Positions 12,795-24,400 of a stretch of DNA of 64,000 bases are shown piece after piece (the first letter of the stretch is position 1; every line of letters starts with the position of its first letter). The notes beneath the pieces are model-generated. The model was given only the letters and a program-made list of their open reading frames with translations, ran no database searches and had not been told where the DNA came from. The stretch comes from Girardia tigrina (lineage: Eukaryota): positions 1 to 64,000 of the forward strand of contig MQRK01218788.1 of NCBI GenBank assembly GCA_001938485.1. Direction: 5' to 3'. A program made the position numbers and the translations under genes.

Positions 12795-14383
12795 TAGTCC
12801 ATCAAAAAATTATACGCGATTCCTCTAAGGTACTCGATTATGTTTCGTTCTCTCTAAGTCCCAACAATTGTTCTGATCCTGGCATCTGCAGCGACGTATT
12901 TTCTGCGCTTTACAGGAGGCTGATCTCCACGAATGAATTGTTAATATATAAGGTCACATCCTTTTTGAACACATCGAATGCCGTCTATAAATTTCCAAAT
13001 GTTTGGATGATACACCCCGAATTCGGCTTGGAATCTTCGATGTGCTGCTTCCACATAGTTGTTGGTTCGATCGTCTCCATTCACTGTTCTCTCGTAGACA
13101 GACCACATATGAAAAGAAAATAATGCACGACGTCGAGACTGGTTTTCCATTTTGACGTCCAATGTAGACATGCTCAAGCCAATCTATTATTGGTGTGTGG
13201 TCCTCCATAATTTCGTTTTCCAGTGCCTCCTAAGCACTATAGAAGGTCTTCGATTGGAATAAAGGAGAGAGCGACTATCATTCTGGCAGACAAACGAATT
13301 CAGGATCGATGTTATATCGGCTAAGCAGACCTTCGTCTGCTAGCTTCTTCCGCATGTTCTTCGTCAAATGAAAGAGACATCCATGGATTGCACAATTCGG
13401 AAACACAGCCCGAATAGCTCCAATTCCGGCCTGTTCAAAGTCGATAGAAATTGACGACGGGTTGAGATATGACTACAATTCTTTAATGGCTTCAAACAAT
13501 CGTCGGTATGTTCTTCCTTCTTTGTTCGGTAGTAGAGCACATAGAACCAGTAGCACACATCCTCTTCTGTTTGCCTTGATTACATATATCTGAGCAAAAA
13601 GAGCAGGAGCTGGACTAAATGTTCCATCCACATAAAGTTTGTCCATTTGGTTACTCCAATCACCTTTCGACTATCCGCCAAAGAGAAAAATGCGATCTTC
13701 ATCTTGTTCTCCGGAATCCCATAAAAGAAATTCTTCCATCGATCTGGTGTGACTTCGAAAATTCTGTATGCATCCGGAATGATAATTGAAGCTCGATAGA
13801 CCGGTTGTGGAGGAGCTGCTTGATTGTGTTTTCTAAGACGCTGAATAAACTTGTGAATGGCGTCTTTCTTTGGTATCTTCGGTTGAACGGCAGTCGAGGT
13901 TCCTTGGAAAGCACTGTTGAGGATAACTGATGGAATTTCAGTTGTATCTATTACCCTCCTTTTGATTCCAGTTATTATCATGGCAGTTCGAAGTTGCGCT
14001 GCATCACTTCCGTGACTATGCTGGTTCATCTGCTTCAGAACACGATCATTATCGACTGTCGTGTGTAAACGCGCTGTGCATTCGTTCTTCAGTTCATATC
14101 GCCAGAACTTCTTGGAATGGTCAGAGCTAAACTTATCGAAAACATAAAAATATCCTCCATATCTAAATTTTTCTTTTCCACGCTTCGACTGAACATTTTC
14201 CATTTGTTTTTTAAAAAATATTTTAGGGAATATATACGGAAATATTGAATTTTATTGGAGATTTTAAATATACCTATGGTCTGTCAATAATAAAATTTTG
14301 ATTTTTAATTAAAATGGCAACAATCGATAAAGCGCTAAACCGACTTCGTGCCAAAACGGCCTCGTGTCAAAATGTCACGTACT
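12795..14383 (-). mobile_element. MULE/Mutator transposon with FLYWCH domain, degenerate transposase (ATG 14203)
   Basis: FLYWCH-like FWRxxxKNECTARLHT...HSH; VDGTF; GCLFHL; WSVYERT...RTNNYVEAAHRR...HPNIWKFI; multiple frameshifts. Confidence 0.9.
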
Positions 14384-14422
14384 GATGGATTCATACATAT
14401 ATAACGTACTTGCTCCTATGTA

Positions 14423-14965
14423 CGAGGGGCGTTCCGAAAGTAAATCGAAAAAAGGGAGACGACACCACAAGAAAACATTTATTGAAGGAATACAATGTCA
14501 TTCAGATAGGTCTGTCATCTCCGCCAACTCGCGAATGGTAAGGCAGCGATTTGCATTGATGGTCTCCTACACTTTTTCCACATTTTCTACCGTGCTCGTC
14601 GTTGCTGGACGTCCACTCCTGTCCACGTCGTCCAATGATTTACGTCCATTTTCGAATTGATGCACCCAATTGTAGACGGCAGACTTTTGCAGGGCTCTTC
14701 CTTGAAACACATTTGATAAGCGGCGCACAATGTCAGACACTGGATGATCCTCTTTCCAAAGGAAAAAGATGATAGCACGCTGAGAACGTACTGTGACAGT
14801 TTCCTCTATGCTGCTCACATGTTGCATGGACCAATGCCACTTTTGCTCGATTTCTATTGGCTGGTAAGTACATCACGCTACCACGCCATCTGTCCCTCTG
14901 TAAGATGCACACACACGCACACACCCGTATATAAGTATTTCCACTTACTTTCGGAACGCCCCTCG
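14423..14965 (-). mobile_element. Internally deleted mariner (irritans/Hsmar2-like TIR)
   Basis: Perfect TIRs CGAGGGGCGTTCCGAAAGTAA with TA TSDs; ORF 14567-14827 encodes the HTH (QRAIIFFL...VYNW...RSGRP). Confidence 0.92.
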
Positions 14966-15178
14966 TATGTAAAAAATTGTAGTTTGTAACAAAACCTCAA
15001 TAGTTTGTTTGTTTACAATGTCTTTATTTTCATCAGTTACTTTAATCTCGAACATCACAGTAAAATTGAAATGGGACTCTTATTTTCGGACAGAGGGAGC
15101 AATCATTAGCGGCGCACCACGCCAGCACAAATCATAATAAAAAATAGAAGAAGAGACAAATAAAAATTTTCTATACAA

Positions 15179-15184
15179 TTTATT
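15179..15184 (-). promoter_or_regulatory. Putative polyadenylation signal of the zyg-11-like gene
   Basis: AATAAA on the minus strand about 120 nt after the stop codon. Confidence 0.45.
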
Positions 15185-15304
15185 ATAGAACATTGTAAAT
15201 ACTCTCTCTATCAACCAGCAATACAAAACAGAACGAGTCAAGAGTCTGTATAAAGCATTCAGTTTGTGAATATAAATCTTGGCGTTATGTTTGAAGAAAG
15301 TCTC

Positions 15305-15471
15305 TCATTCCACCATCATTCTGTCATCAGTGACGTCTTGTTTGAACAATATCAAAATGTCTGTTGCTAAAGATCTGATGCGACCGTAGGAAGATGTTTG
15401 GTTTTTAGAAAGAATCTCAACGTACTCAATCAGTCGAGGATGCCGTTCAAAAATTACTGAATATCTCTTTC
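15305..15471 (-). CDS. zyg-11: zyg-11-like terminal exon 6
   Basis: Acceptor TTTCAG; phase matches exon 5; KRYSVIF...IRSLATDIL resembles the family C-terminus. Confidence 0.8.
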
Positions 15472-18400
15472 CTGAAACATGCCGATCCAAAATATGAACG
15501 ATATAAAATCAAATTTATAAAATCAAAGTCTAAACCACTAGCCAATCAAAAAAATATTTTTTATATCCACTCTTTATACGTGCAGAACTGTACTTGGACA
15601 AGAGAATTATTTTGTTATCTTTTGTAGAAGGGAAAATTACAAGATATCTACTTATAAATTATAAGGAGTTTATATTAGGTTGGTCGAAAAATAATGGCGG
15701 TTTTGGGACAAACTTCAAAGACGTGCAAATTCACAGAAACAAAAGTTTATTAATCAAAGTATGAACCGTTGGCATCAATACATTTTTGNNNNNNNNNNNN
15801 NNNNNNNNNNNNNNNNNNNNNNNNNNNNNNNNNNNNNNNNNNNNNNNNNNNNNNNNNNNNNNNNNNNNNNNNNNNNNNNNNNNNNNNNNNNNNNNNNNNN
15901 NNNNNNNNNNNNNNNNNNNNNNNNNNNNNNNNNNNNNNNNNNNNNNNNNNNNNNNNNNNNNNNNNNNNNNNNNNNNNNNNNNNNNNNNNNNNNNNNNNNN
16001 NNNNNNNNNNNNNNNNNNNNNNNNNNNNNNNNNNNNNNNNNNNNNNNNNNNNNNNNNNNNNNNNNNNNNNNNNNNNNNNNNNNNNNNNNNNNNNNNNNNN
16101 NNNNNNNNNNNNNNNNNNNNNNNNNNNNNNNNNNNNNNNNNNNNNNNNNNNNNNNNNNNNNNNNNNNNNNNNNNNNNNNNNNNNNNNNNNNNNNNNNNNN
16201 NNNNNNNNNNNNNNNNNNNNNNNNNNNNNNNNNNNNNNNNNNNNNNNNNNNNNNNNNNNNNNNNNNNNNNNNNNNNNNNNNNNNNNNNNNNNNNNNNNNN
16301 NNNNNNNNNNNNNNNNNNNNNNNNNNNNNNNNNNNNNNNNNNNNNNNNNNNNNNNNNNNNNNNNNNNNNNNNNNNNNNNNNNNNNNNNNNNNNNNNNNNN
16401 NNNNNNNNNNNNNNNNNNNNNNNNNNNNNNNNNNNNNNNNNNNNNNNNNNNNNNNNNNNNNNNNNNNNNNNNNNNNNNNNNNNNNNNNNNNNNNNNNNNN
16501 NNNNNNNNNNNNNNNNNNNNNNNNNNNNNNNNNNNNNNNNNNNNNNNNNNNNNNNNNNNNNNNNNNNNNNNNNNNNNNNNNNNNNNNNNNNNNNNNNNNN
16601 NNNNNNNNNNNNNNNNNNNNNNNNNNNNNNNNNNNNNNNNNNNNNNNNNNNNNNNNNNNNNNNNNNNNNNNNNNNNNNNNNNNNNNNNNNNNNNNNNNNN
16701 NNNNNNNNNNNNNNNNNNNNNNNNNNNNNNCCACGACCTTCTTCATCTTCAAGGTTTTCATCTCCATCAGAAAATTTTCGGAACCATCGTTGCACTGTGC
16801 GCTCAGAAGCTGTTCCCTTGCCAAACGCTTTATTGATATTGCGAGCCGTATCTGCTGCTTTACGACCCAGTTTAAATTCATACAAGAAAATTGCTCGAAT
16901 TTTAATTTTTTCCATTATTAATTTAGCACCGTAAATATTCTAAAAAATAGCAGCAATATGTTAATAATGGCTATATGAATATACAGCTAGGCATAAGATT
17001 TCAAATAATATCTAACACTAATGCATTTAAACTTATATACATATCAAAGTAGATAAACAAAGTATAAAGCTCAAAAACCGCCATTATTTTTCGACCAATC
17101 TAATATGAATTTTTATTGTGTTTTTTTAATTAAAATTTTTTAAATTTTAAAACGTTGTCGGCAAAGTAGTTCTGTCTGCATAAAGAATGGATAAAAAATT
17201 TAATTTTTTGATTTACTAGATTTATACTATTATCAGGATTTTATTAAGGTCATTTTGAGTGTACAATGTACACCCAAAAATTTGGCTGTTTATAGGTAAA
17301 GCATGAGTTCATTGAAAAATAAACACACTACTATTCCACCCACTCTCCCTCCCTCTCGCACATACTCACTCCTACACAAGGTCATTTATAATTGTATACT
17401 TATAAAATATAAAGTATATATCGGTGTATAAGGCGACTCCCGTATAAGACGAGGATCAAGATTCAGAGAACATTTCATGAATTTTATGCCAACCGGTTGT
17501 ATAAGACGAGTGGTAAAAGATTGGTAGGTACGTAGCTATTTGAAATGAAAAATTCTGTAAAATAATCTAACATATTCCATTTTTTGTTCATTGAATTTTT
17601 ATTGGATTCTTACAATATATTTCAATAAAATTTATTGTATATTATTTGTATTATAAATAGGGTTCTTTTTGCTTCATTTATAATTTTTTATTGGGATAAT
17701 ATTGAAATAATGAAGCCAACAAAACGAAGGAAATATGAAGCAAGTTTCAAAATAAAAGTGGTCGAAACAGCCAGAGAATTAAACAATTGTGCTGCTGCAA
17801 GAAAGTTTGGCGTAACCGAGAAGAAGGAAAGAGACTGGAGAAAGAATGAAGATATTTTAAAGAAGATGCCAAGGAAAAAATGTGCAATGAGAACAGGAAT
17901 CACCCGATGACCCGAACTTGAAAATTATATTGCAGAATGGGTACTTGAACAGAGTCAGGGTGGCTATATCATCACAAGAAATATGATAAGAGCACATGCA
18001 CTAAAGTTGTCTAAATTGTCAGCTTTCCGACGATTATTATCATCAAATGTTTTCGTGTATTTAAAAATAAGAAACGATAGAGAAATTAAATGCTTTTCCC
18101 AGTTTGAAAATTGAAAAATCTGTCGATGGACTTGCGAGGAATATTGTACAATGTGTATGAATGTGATGTGTTGACACTGGAGTTTTGATTCACTCACTAT
18201 ACCAGATGGAAAATTGGTGTTTTAAGATAACTGATCCTTCGAACAGAATTGAAATTTTTTAAATTAATGACAATTTAATAAACAAAAAATAGACCATTTG
18301 AAAACGTATTTCAACGGTTTTAGCTTTTTTACGTCTTATATATGCGATCCCAAAATTAATGTTCAAGCGGAACTCTCAACTAGATCATGGGCGATTGTGA

Positions 18401-21400
18401 CCCGAACACAACCCGGGATCGGGTTGGGTTTGGGTGGGTAACGATTTGTTACTTCGGGTCGGGTTAGTGTTACACTTTAGAAAATCGGGTTGAGTACGGG
18501 TTGACAAATATCCGTGTAGTGATCTCAAAACAATAAAAAAATAATAAGAAGAAACATAATTAATTAAAAAAAATAGAGAAAAGAAAATCCACTACAGCAA
18601 CAGATTTTTTTAATAAAAAGGTAATTGTGAATATTTGATCGAATGTATAAATTTAGTAAAAAATAAAAGAATATATTTTTTATTTAAATAAACTAAAAAG
18701 TTAAAAAATATCGATCAGTACTCACTGCGGTGAGTGAATGTACAGCGCATTTTCTATATGTAAGACTACGATAGTAATACTGCGAAATTTAGGCCATTTT
18801 TAGACATTTGACCTTGGTCGACTTTGGGTTACTATAACGATCCGGGTGTGTTTTGAAAGCTCATGTATGCTTTAAAGTATACCATATGTTTTTATATTAG
18901 GATGGTCGAAAAATAATGGCGGTTTTTGAGCTTTATACTTTGTTTATCTACTTTGATATGTATATAAGTTTAAATGCATTAGTGTTAGATATTATTTGAA
19001 ATCTTATGCCTANNNNNNNNNNNNNNNNNNNNNNNNNNNNNNNNNNNNNNNNNNNNNNNNNNNNNNNNNNNNNNNNNNNNNNNNNNNNNNNNNNNNNNNN
19101 NNNNNNNNNNNNNNNNNNNNNNNNNNNNNNNNNNNNNNNNNNNNNNNNNNNNNNNNNNNNNNNNNNNNNNNNNNNNNNNNNNNNNNNNNNNNNNNNNNNN
19201 NNNNNNNNNNNNNNNNNNNNNNNNNNNNNNNNNNNNNNNNNNNNNNNNNNNNNNNNNNNNNNNNNNNNNNNNNNNNNNNNNNNNNNNNNNNNNNNNNNNN
19301 NNNNNNNNNNNNNNCAACAGTCCTGGATCATTTAAAACAACTTGGAAAAATCAAGAAACTTGATAAATGGGTTCCACATGATTTGAATAAAAATCAAAAG
19401 AACCGACGCTATGAAATTTGTTCTGCCAATCATTTCTGCCAACTGTTCATACTTTGATTAATAAACTTTTGTTTCTGTGAATTTGCACGTCTTTGAAGTT
19501 TGTGTCCCAAAACCACCATTATTTTTCGACTAACTTAATATATATTGTTTTTATATATAATATTAAAATGTTATGTATCATTGTACGGTAACAAAGGTAC
19601 TTGTGATTGTTGGTGGGGCACATTAGACGATTCATGAGGTACAGTTTTATGGTAAATAACATACCCTAAAATCGTGTTTGAGAGTGTTAGCTTAGTAGAA
19701 AAAAAACTTTTTGTAAACGAAATATGACCTTAGTAAAGAGATGAAATTTCCAAGAGCAATCTCAGAGATGACTTTAATTGTAATGATGATAAGGACTGAT
19801 TGCGAAGAATATTGCTAACTTTAAATCTCTCTAACTCCAACATAAATTCACAAATTACAAAAACTAATCAAGTAGGCTGTTGTTTGAATAAATCAAAATA
19901 AAATTCATTGCAGTATTCATTTTTCATGAATATGTCGTCAGAAACAGGAAGTCGCGAATTAATTATTCGTTTATTTCAAGAAAATCCACAATCAAGTCAG
20001 AAAGCAATTGCCAGAATGGCAAAGGTTTGTCAGAAAACAGTTTCTAACGTTATTAAAAACTTGGTTCGGGAAGAAGAAATAGTTTTTCGTGTACACAGAA
20101 TGTGAAGAAAGTAAAGGCTCTGTTAGAGAGAAATCCTCGTCTATCAAATCGAAATCTGGCGGAAAGGCAAGCTATAGCGAGAAAACAGTTCGGAAAATTA
20201 AAATGTCTGTTTAAAAACGTATAAAGTTCAAACAGTACCAGACCGAAACGCTAACAAGAACGTAAAGACGCAGCAACAAGCCAGAAAGTTGAAATCTGGT
20301 TTTCTTGCGAAGAAAAAATGTTGCATTATGGATGATGAGACTTATGTGCTCTGCGAGTTTTCCCAGCTACCCGGACAAGAATTTTACTCTGCAACTAAGA
20401 GAGGAGTTGAAGAAAAAATTAGAAGCAAGAAAAAATCTAAGTTTCCCAAAATATTTCTTGTTTGGCAGGTCATACGTGGATGCAGGAAAAGGAGTAAATG
20501 CTTTGTCACATATGGCACAATAAACACAGAAGTCTATGTGAAGGAGTGCTTGCAAAAGCGTTTATTCCCATTCATAAGTCAGCTCGGAGGTCTTACTTTC
20601 TTGTAGCCGGATTTGACATCGTGCCACTATGGTAAGGTAGCAAAGAAGTGGTACGAAGACAATAACGTCGATTTGGTGCAAAGAGATCAAACCCACCAAA
20701 TTGTTCAGAGCTTCGCCCAATCGAAAGATATTGGACCATAGTAAAATGGCAATTAAAGATGACGAACAAGAGGGCACAGGCAAATGCAGATTTTTAGAAC
20801 AAGTGGAATAATGCAGTCAAAAACGTAACAGAAACTATAATTGCAAGTCTAATGGCAGGCATTCCGGAAAAGCTCAGAATTTTTTAAAAAAATAATAATC
20901 TTTCTTAGTTTATTAAAATTATTTTGAATTAAACACATCTTTCGAAACAGTCGGTATTTTTTCAATCAAAATGGTTTTGAAAATAGAGGATTTTAAAGTT
21001 AGTAATATTTTTCGAACTCAGTTCTTAATTTTTTTAATTAAAATTGTGTCAGCGCTCTTAACAGGACTAATAAATTTTGAATCACAATATTTGTTGTTGC
21101 ATAATTTTAACAATTTAACCTTATTAAAAAAACTAATAAAACAAAAATAATCTAATGGTGTCAAAACTAAGCTAATCCTGGAATATAAGACAACGCTAAA
21201 TATGACCAGGTTGTTATTGTTTTTGTTTTTTTTTGCAAACTTGAATATAGTTTAAATACAGTTTCGGTGGACACAGCCCCGGTTAGGAAAATAACTTCAT
21301 CGAAACTCCAACAATAGATTTGACAAAAATGGTCATTTAGGGTGGTCTTATATTCCAGGAAAACCAGTAATAATATTTTATAAAAAAAAGTACTTTCAAT

Positions 21401-24400
21401 CTTCATAGTATGTCTGATAGCCCATAGTGACCATAGTAAAATGGCGCGTGATGATCCGGCATTAGCAATAAGATTTTCAAACGGAGAAAATGACCGATAA
21501 CTCGCCATTAAAAAATTTGGTGTCACCCAAGAATCAACAGCAGAATACTGAAATAATTTTTAGGGAAATTCATATCATATCCTAAATGCATTTCACGCAA
21601 CTACAAAATTATTATTACATACAATGCGATTTTCAACACTTGATTTTTCATATTCGCATTTTTCTTTCCATTCTTCGTTACTGATAAGGAGGAGGTTTGA
21701 CAAAATACCCCCAGCAAAATAGGTCATTTGAATATCTTCTTGATTCAGCATTTTACTATACACAAGTACGAATAAATTTTATTTTAAAAACAATGCTTAT
21801 TTGTACTTAATTATTGAAAAAATATAAAAATCTAAAGTATTTCCAAAAAAACTGAATTAGTTAGTTACTTGCGGAGGTACCCGGTGTGATATTAGAAAAT
21901 CTGATAGCATGTATTTAACGTAACAGCAATTGATCGAAAAGCAGAACAGTTTAAGTAGATCGGGAGTGTTAATGATAGTAAATAAACCCTCGAATGACCT
22001 TCAGTTGCCTTTGCTACTTACAAACTTTGATATTATGAAATACTCCTATCCTATTAGTAAGATTTATGAATGGCATGTATCAAAGACAAGGATGATTTTA
22101 TTTCGGAAAATAAATTGACGTCCATCTTTCGTTAGATCAGCAGAATGTTTGCGGAAAATCTGGTTGCATTTAGAAGTATCATTTCCAAATGCATAATAAA
22201 CAGGCATTTTATTTCCGTTCTTTTAATATATATTAATTTTTTTCATTATTGTAAAAATAATTGCAAAAAGTCGAATAAATAATTTTTTATGATTTTTCTA
22301 AATTTTAAAATTTTTTCACTTTTGTAAAATATTTTCAAAGAAATAAAATATGAACCTTCCGAATACTTTCTTTGAATTTTTTTCTTTGTACTAGTTTTTC
22401 GTGAAATAAATCTCATTAAATTTTCTTTATCGTAATTTTTTTATCTAACACAAAAAAAATTTAATGTAAATTTAAAACAGTGAAAAAAAATTGATAAAAA
22501 ACGTATTTTTGGATAAAAATTTTTTATCAATATAATGCATATCCTGGATAACTTTTTTACATGAAAGATGCATTGAAATTTTATCAACTTCCTGGAATTT
22601 TTATTAAATAACCTTTATATAAAATTAGTATAATAAATCAGCTCACTTAACCAATAGGTCAATTGGACCTGAATGGTAAATAATGCTTATTTTTTTAGAA
22701 AAGGTTAATTCGAATTAGCGTCAACAAAACATTTTTGTTCTATTCTGTTGTATCCAAAATTATAAGACAGTATTTTGAAAATACTTTAATCTGATTATTA
22801 GAGTAAATATATCAGTGCTACATTTTTTTCGGACAAAAAGTCGATGCGTCTTTACCAAGGGTGGAAAGTTTGATTGAATTTCGTCCTCTTCAAACAGTAA
22901 TATATACGATTTAATAAAATTATTTAGTACTGACCTGAATTAATTAGAAATATGATTTGATTTATTAACTATTCGGTGTAGAAATGTGAAATAAACGTTT
23001 CCAAAAAAATAATAATATAGCAACAATTAGTAAAACAAGTAGACAACATTGTTGAAAAAAAATTTTTTTAATTCTTTTGTCCCTCGAAATTCATAAATTA
23101 TTTCGAGCCTTTCATGCCGGAATTGTTCTTAATTGTAGGATATTATTTTATCATTTTAGCTTTATAAGCCTCCCCCGACTGAACGGATAACTGAGTATTG
23201 TAGAGACTACCGTACTGGTTTAATTTAATTTAATTTAATCGCACCGCTTAGGTGTAGTTAAATCAAATGCAAGACATCGACATTTACATGAAGATGACTC
23301 GATAACTGACTAGTGGCTTACGCCTCTGCCTTCGCTTCGTCACGGCGAAGAGTTACACTCTCTTACAGAGTGGAACTAGGGGTTTTTGACTGCGTGTTGT
23401 TAAGCAGTACCGTCTCTGAAAGGTAGTGAGACTGTATCGGGGAAAACTATAAATAAACAATACAGAGCCTACTGACTTTCTCACACGGCTTTGGATGTAA
23501 GAATGTCAGCTTTCAGTGCACGGGCAGGCTTCGGTTTCCCAGTCAGAAAGGCCACTTCATGATCCCTTGTACCATGATTGTATAGAGCTTTAGCTGTGAA
23601 AACACATTTCATACAATGAGTAAAGGGACACCAAAATATCCCCACATCATTTGTTCTACTTAACCGAAAGTCGAGAACCACCCGTGGAATCACTCCTGAG
23701 TCCGTCTCCGCGGTACCGTCCAGGGGCACTGACACATCATGCATCGCGATCGGATTCGAAGATTTTGTACATCCTTCACCTACGTTATTTTGTGAAGCAC
23801 TAGTACCACTGGTACTGTCTAGGGTTCTGTGATCGATAAATAAATGTCGCTTTAACCATACATCTGTTTTATAGGTCTTGTGACAATTTTCCATGGGACA
23901 TTGGAAAGGTTTTTTTACCATTCTGACGCTGAGGCGTCGTGACCGTATGCACGTTTTTGATATGTCTTTTTAGTTCCTTCGTTCAGCAAAAGCTTTGAAA
24001 CAAGAAGGATACGTGAATTGCACTCTTGATATGCGACTGGAGCATCTTCGCATACTCTTTTCCCTGTTTAATCACTTCTGCCAGTTTTTCAGGCACAGTT
24101 CCTTTGATCAGGTGTTTTAATTCCTCGTCAGTGTCGAGAATTCCTCTCTCATTCAAGCATTCCTGGAATTCGACCAGATCTTCTTGGTCGTCAAATAACA
24201 AGAGTATATCGCGGGCGATACGCTCTTTCATCAACTGCTTTTTCCTGAGGCCATTTCAGAGTTTAATACTCTTTTTACCTCACGTACACCTCTTAGTTTT
24301 AAGTAGCTTTATTCACTCTATTATACCGAATATTTTTAATGTTTATTGTTACAATATTTCCATAAAATAAAATTATAGTAAGAAATTATTATTTTATGCG

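Noticed and set aside
15731-16934. Long ORFs in several frames (also 3691-4024, 18948-19457, 35375-36145)
   Set aside because: They are produced by runs of N; only the mariner frames are real.
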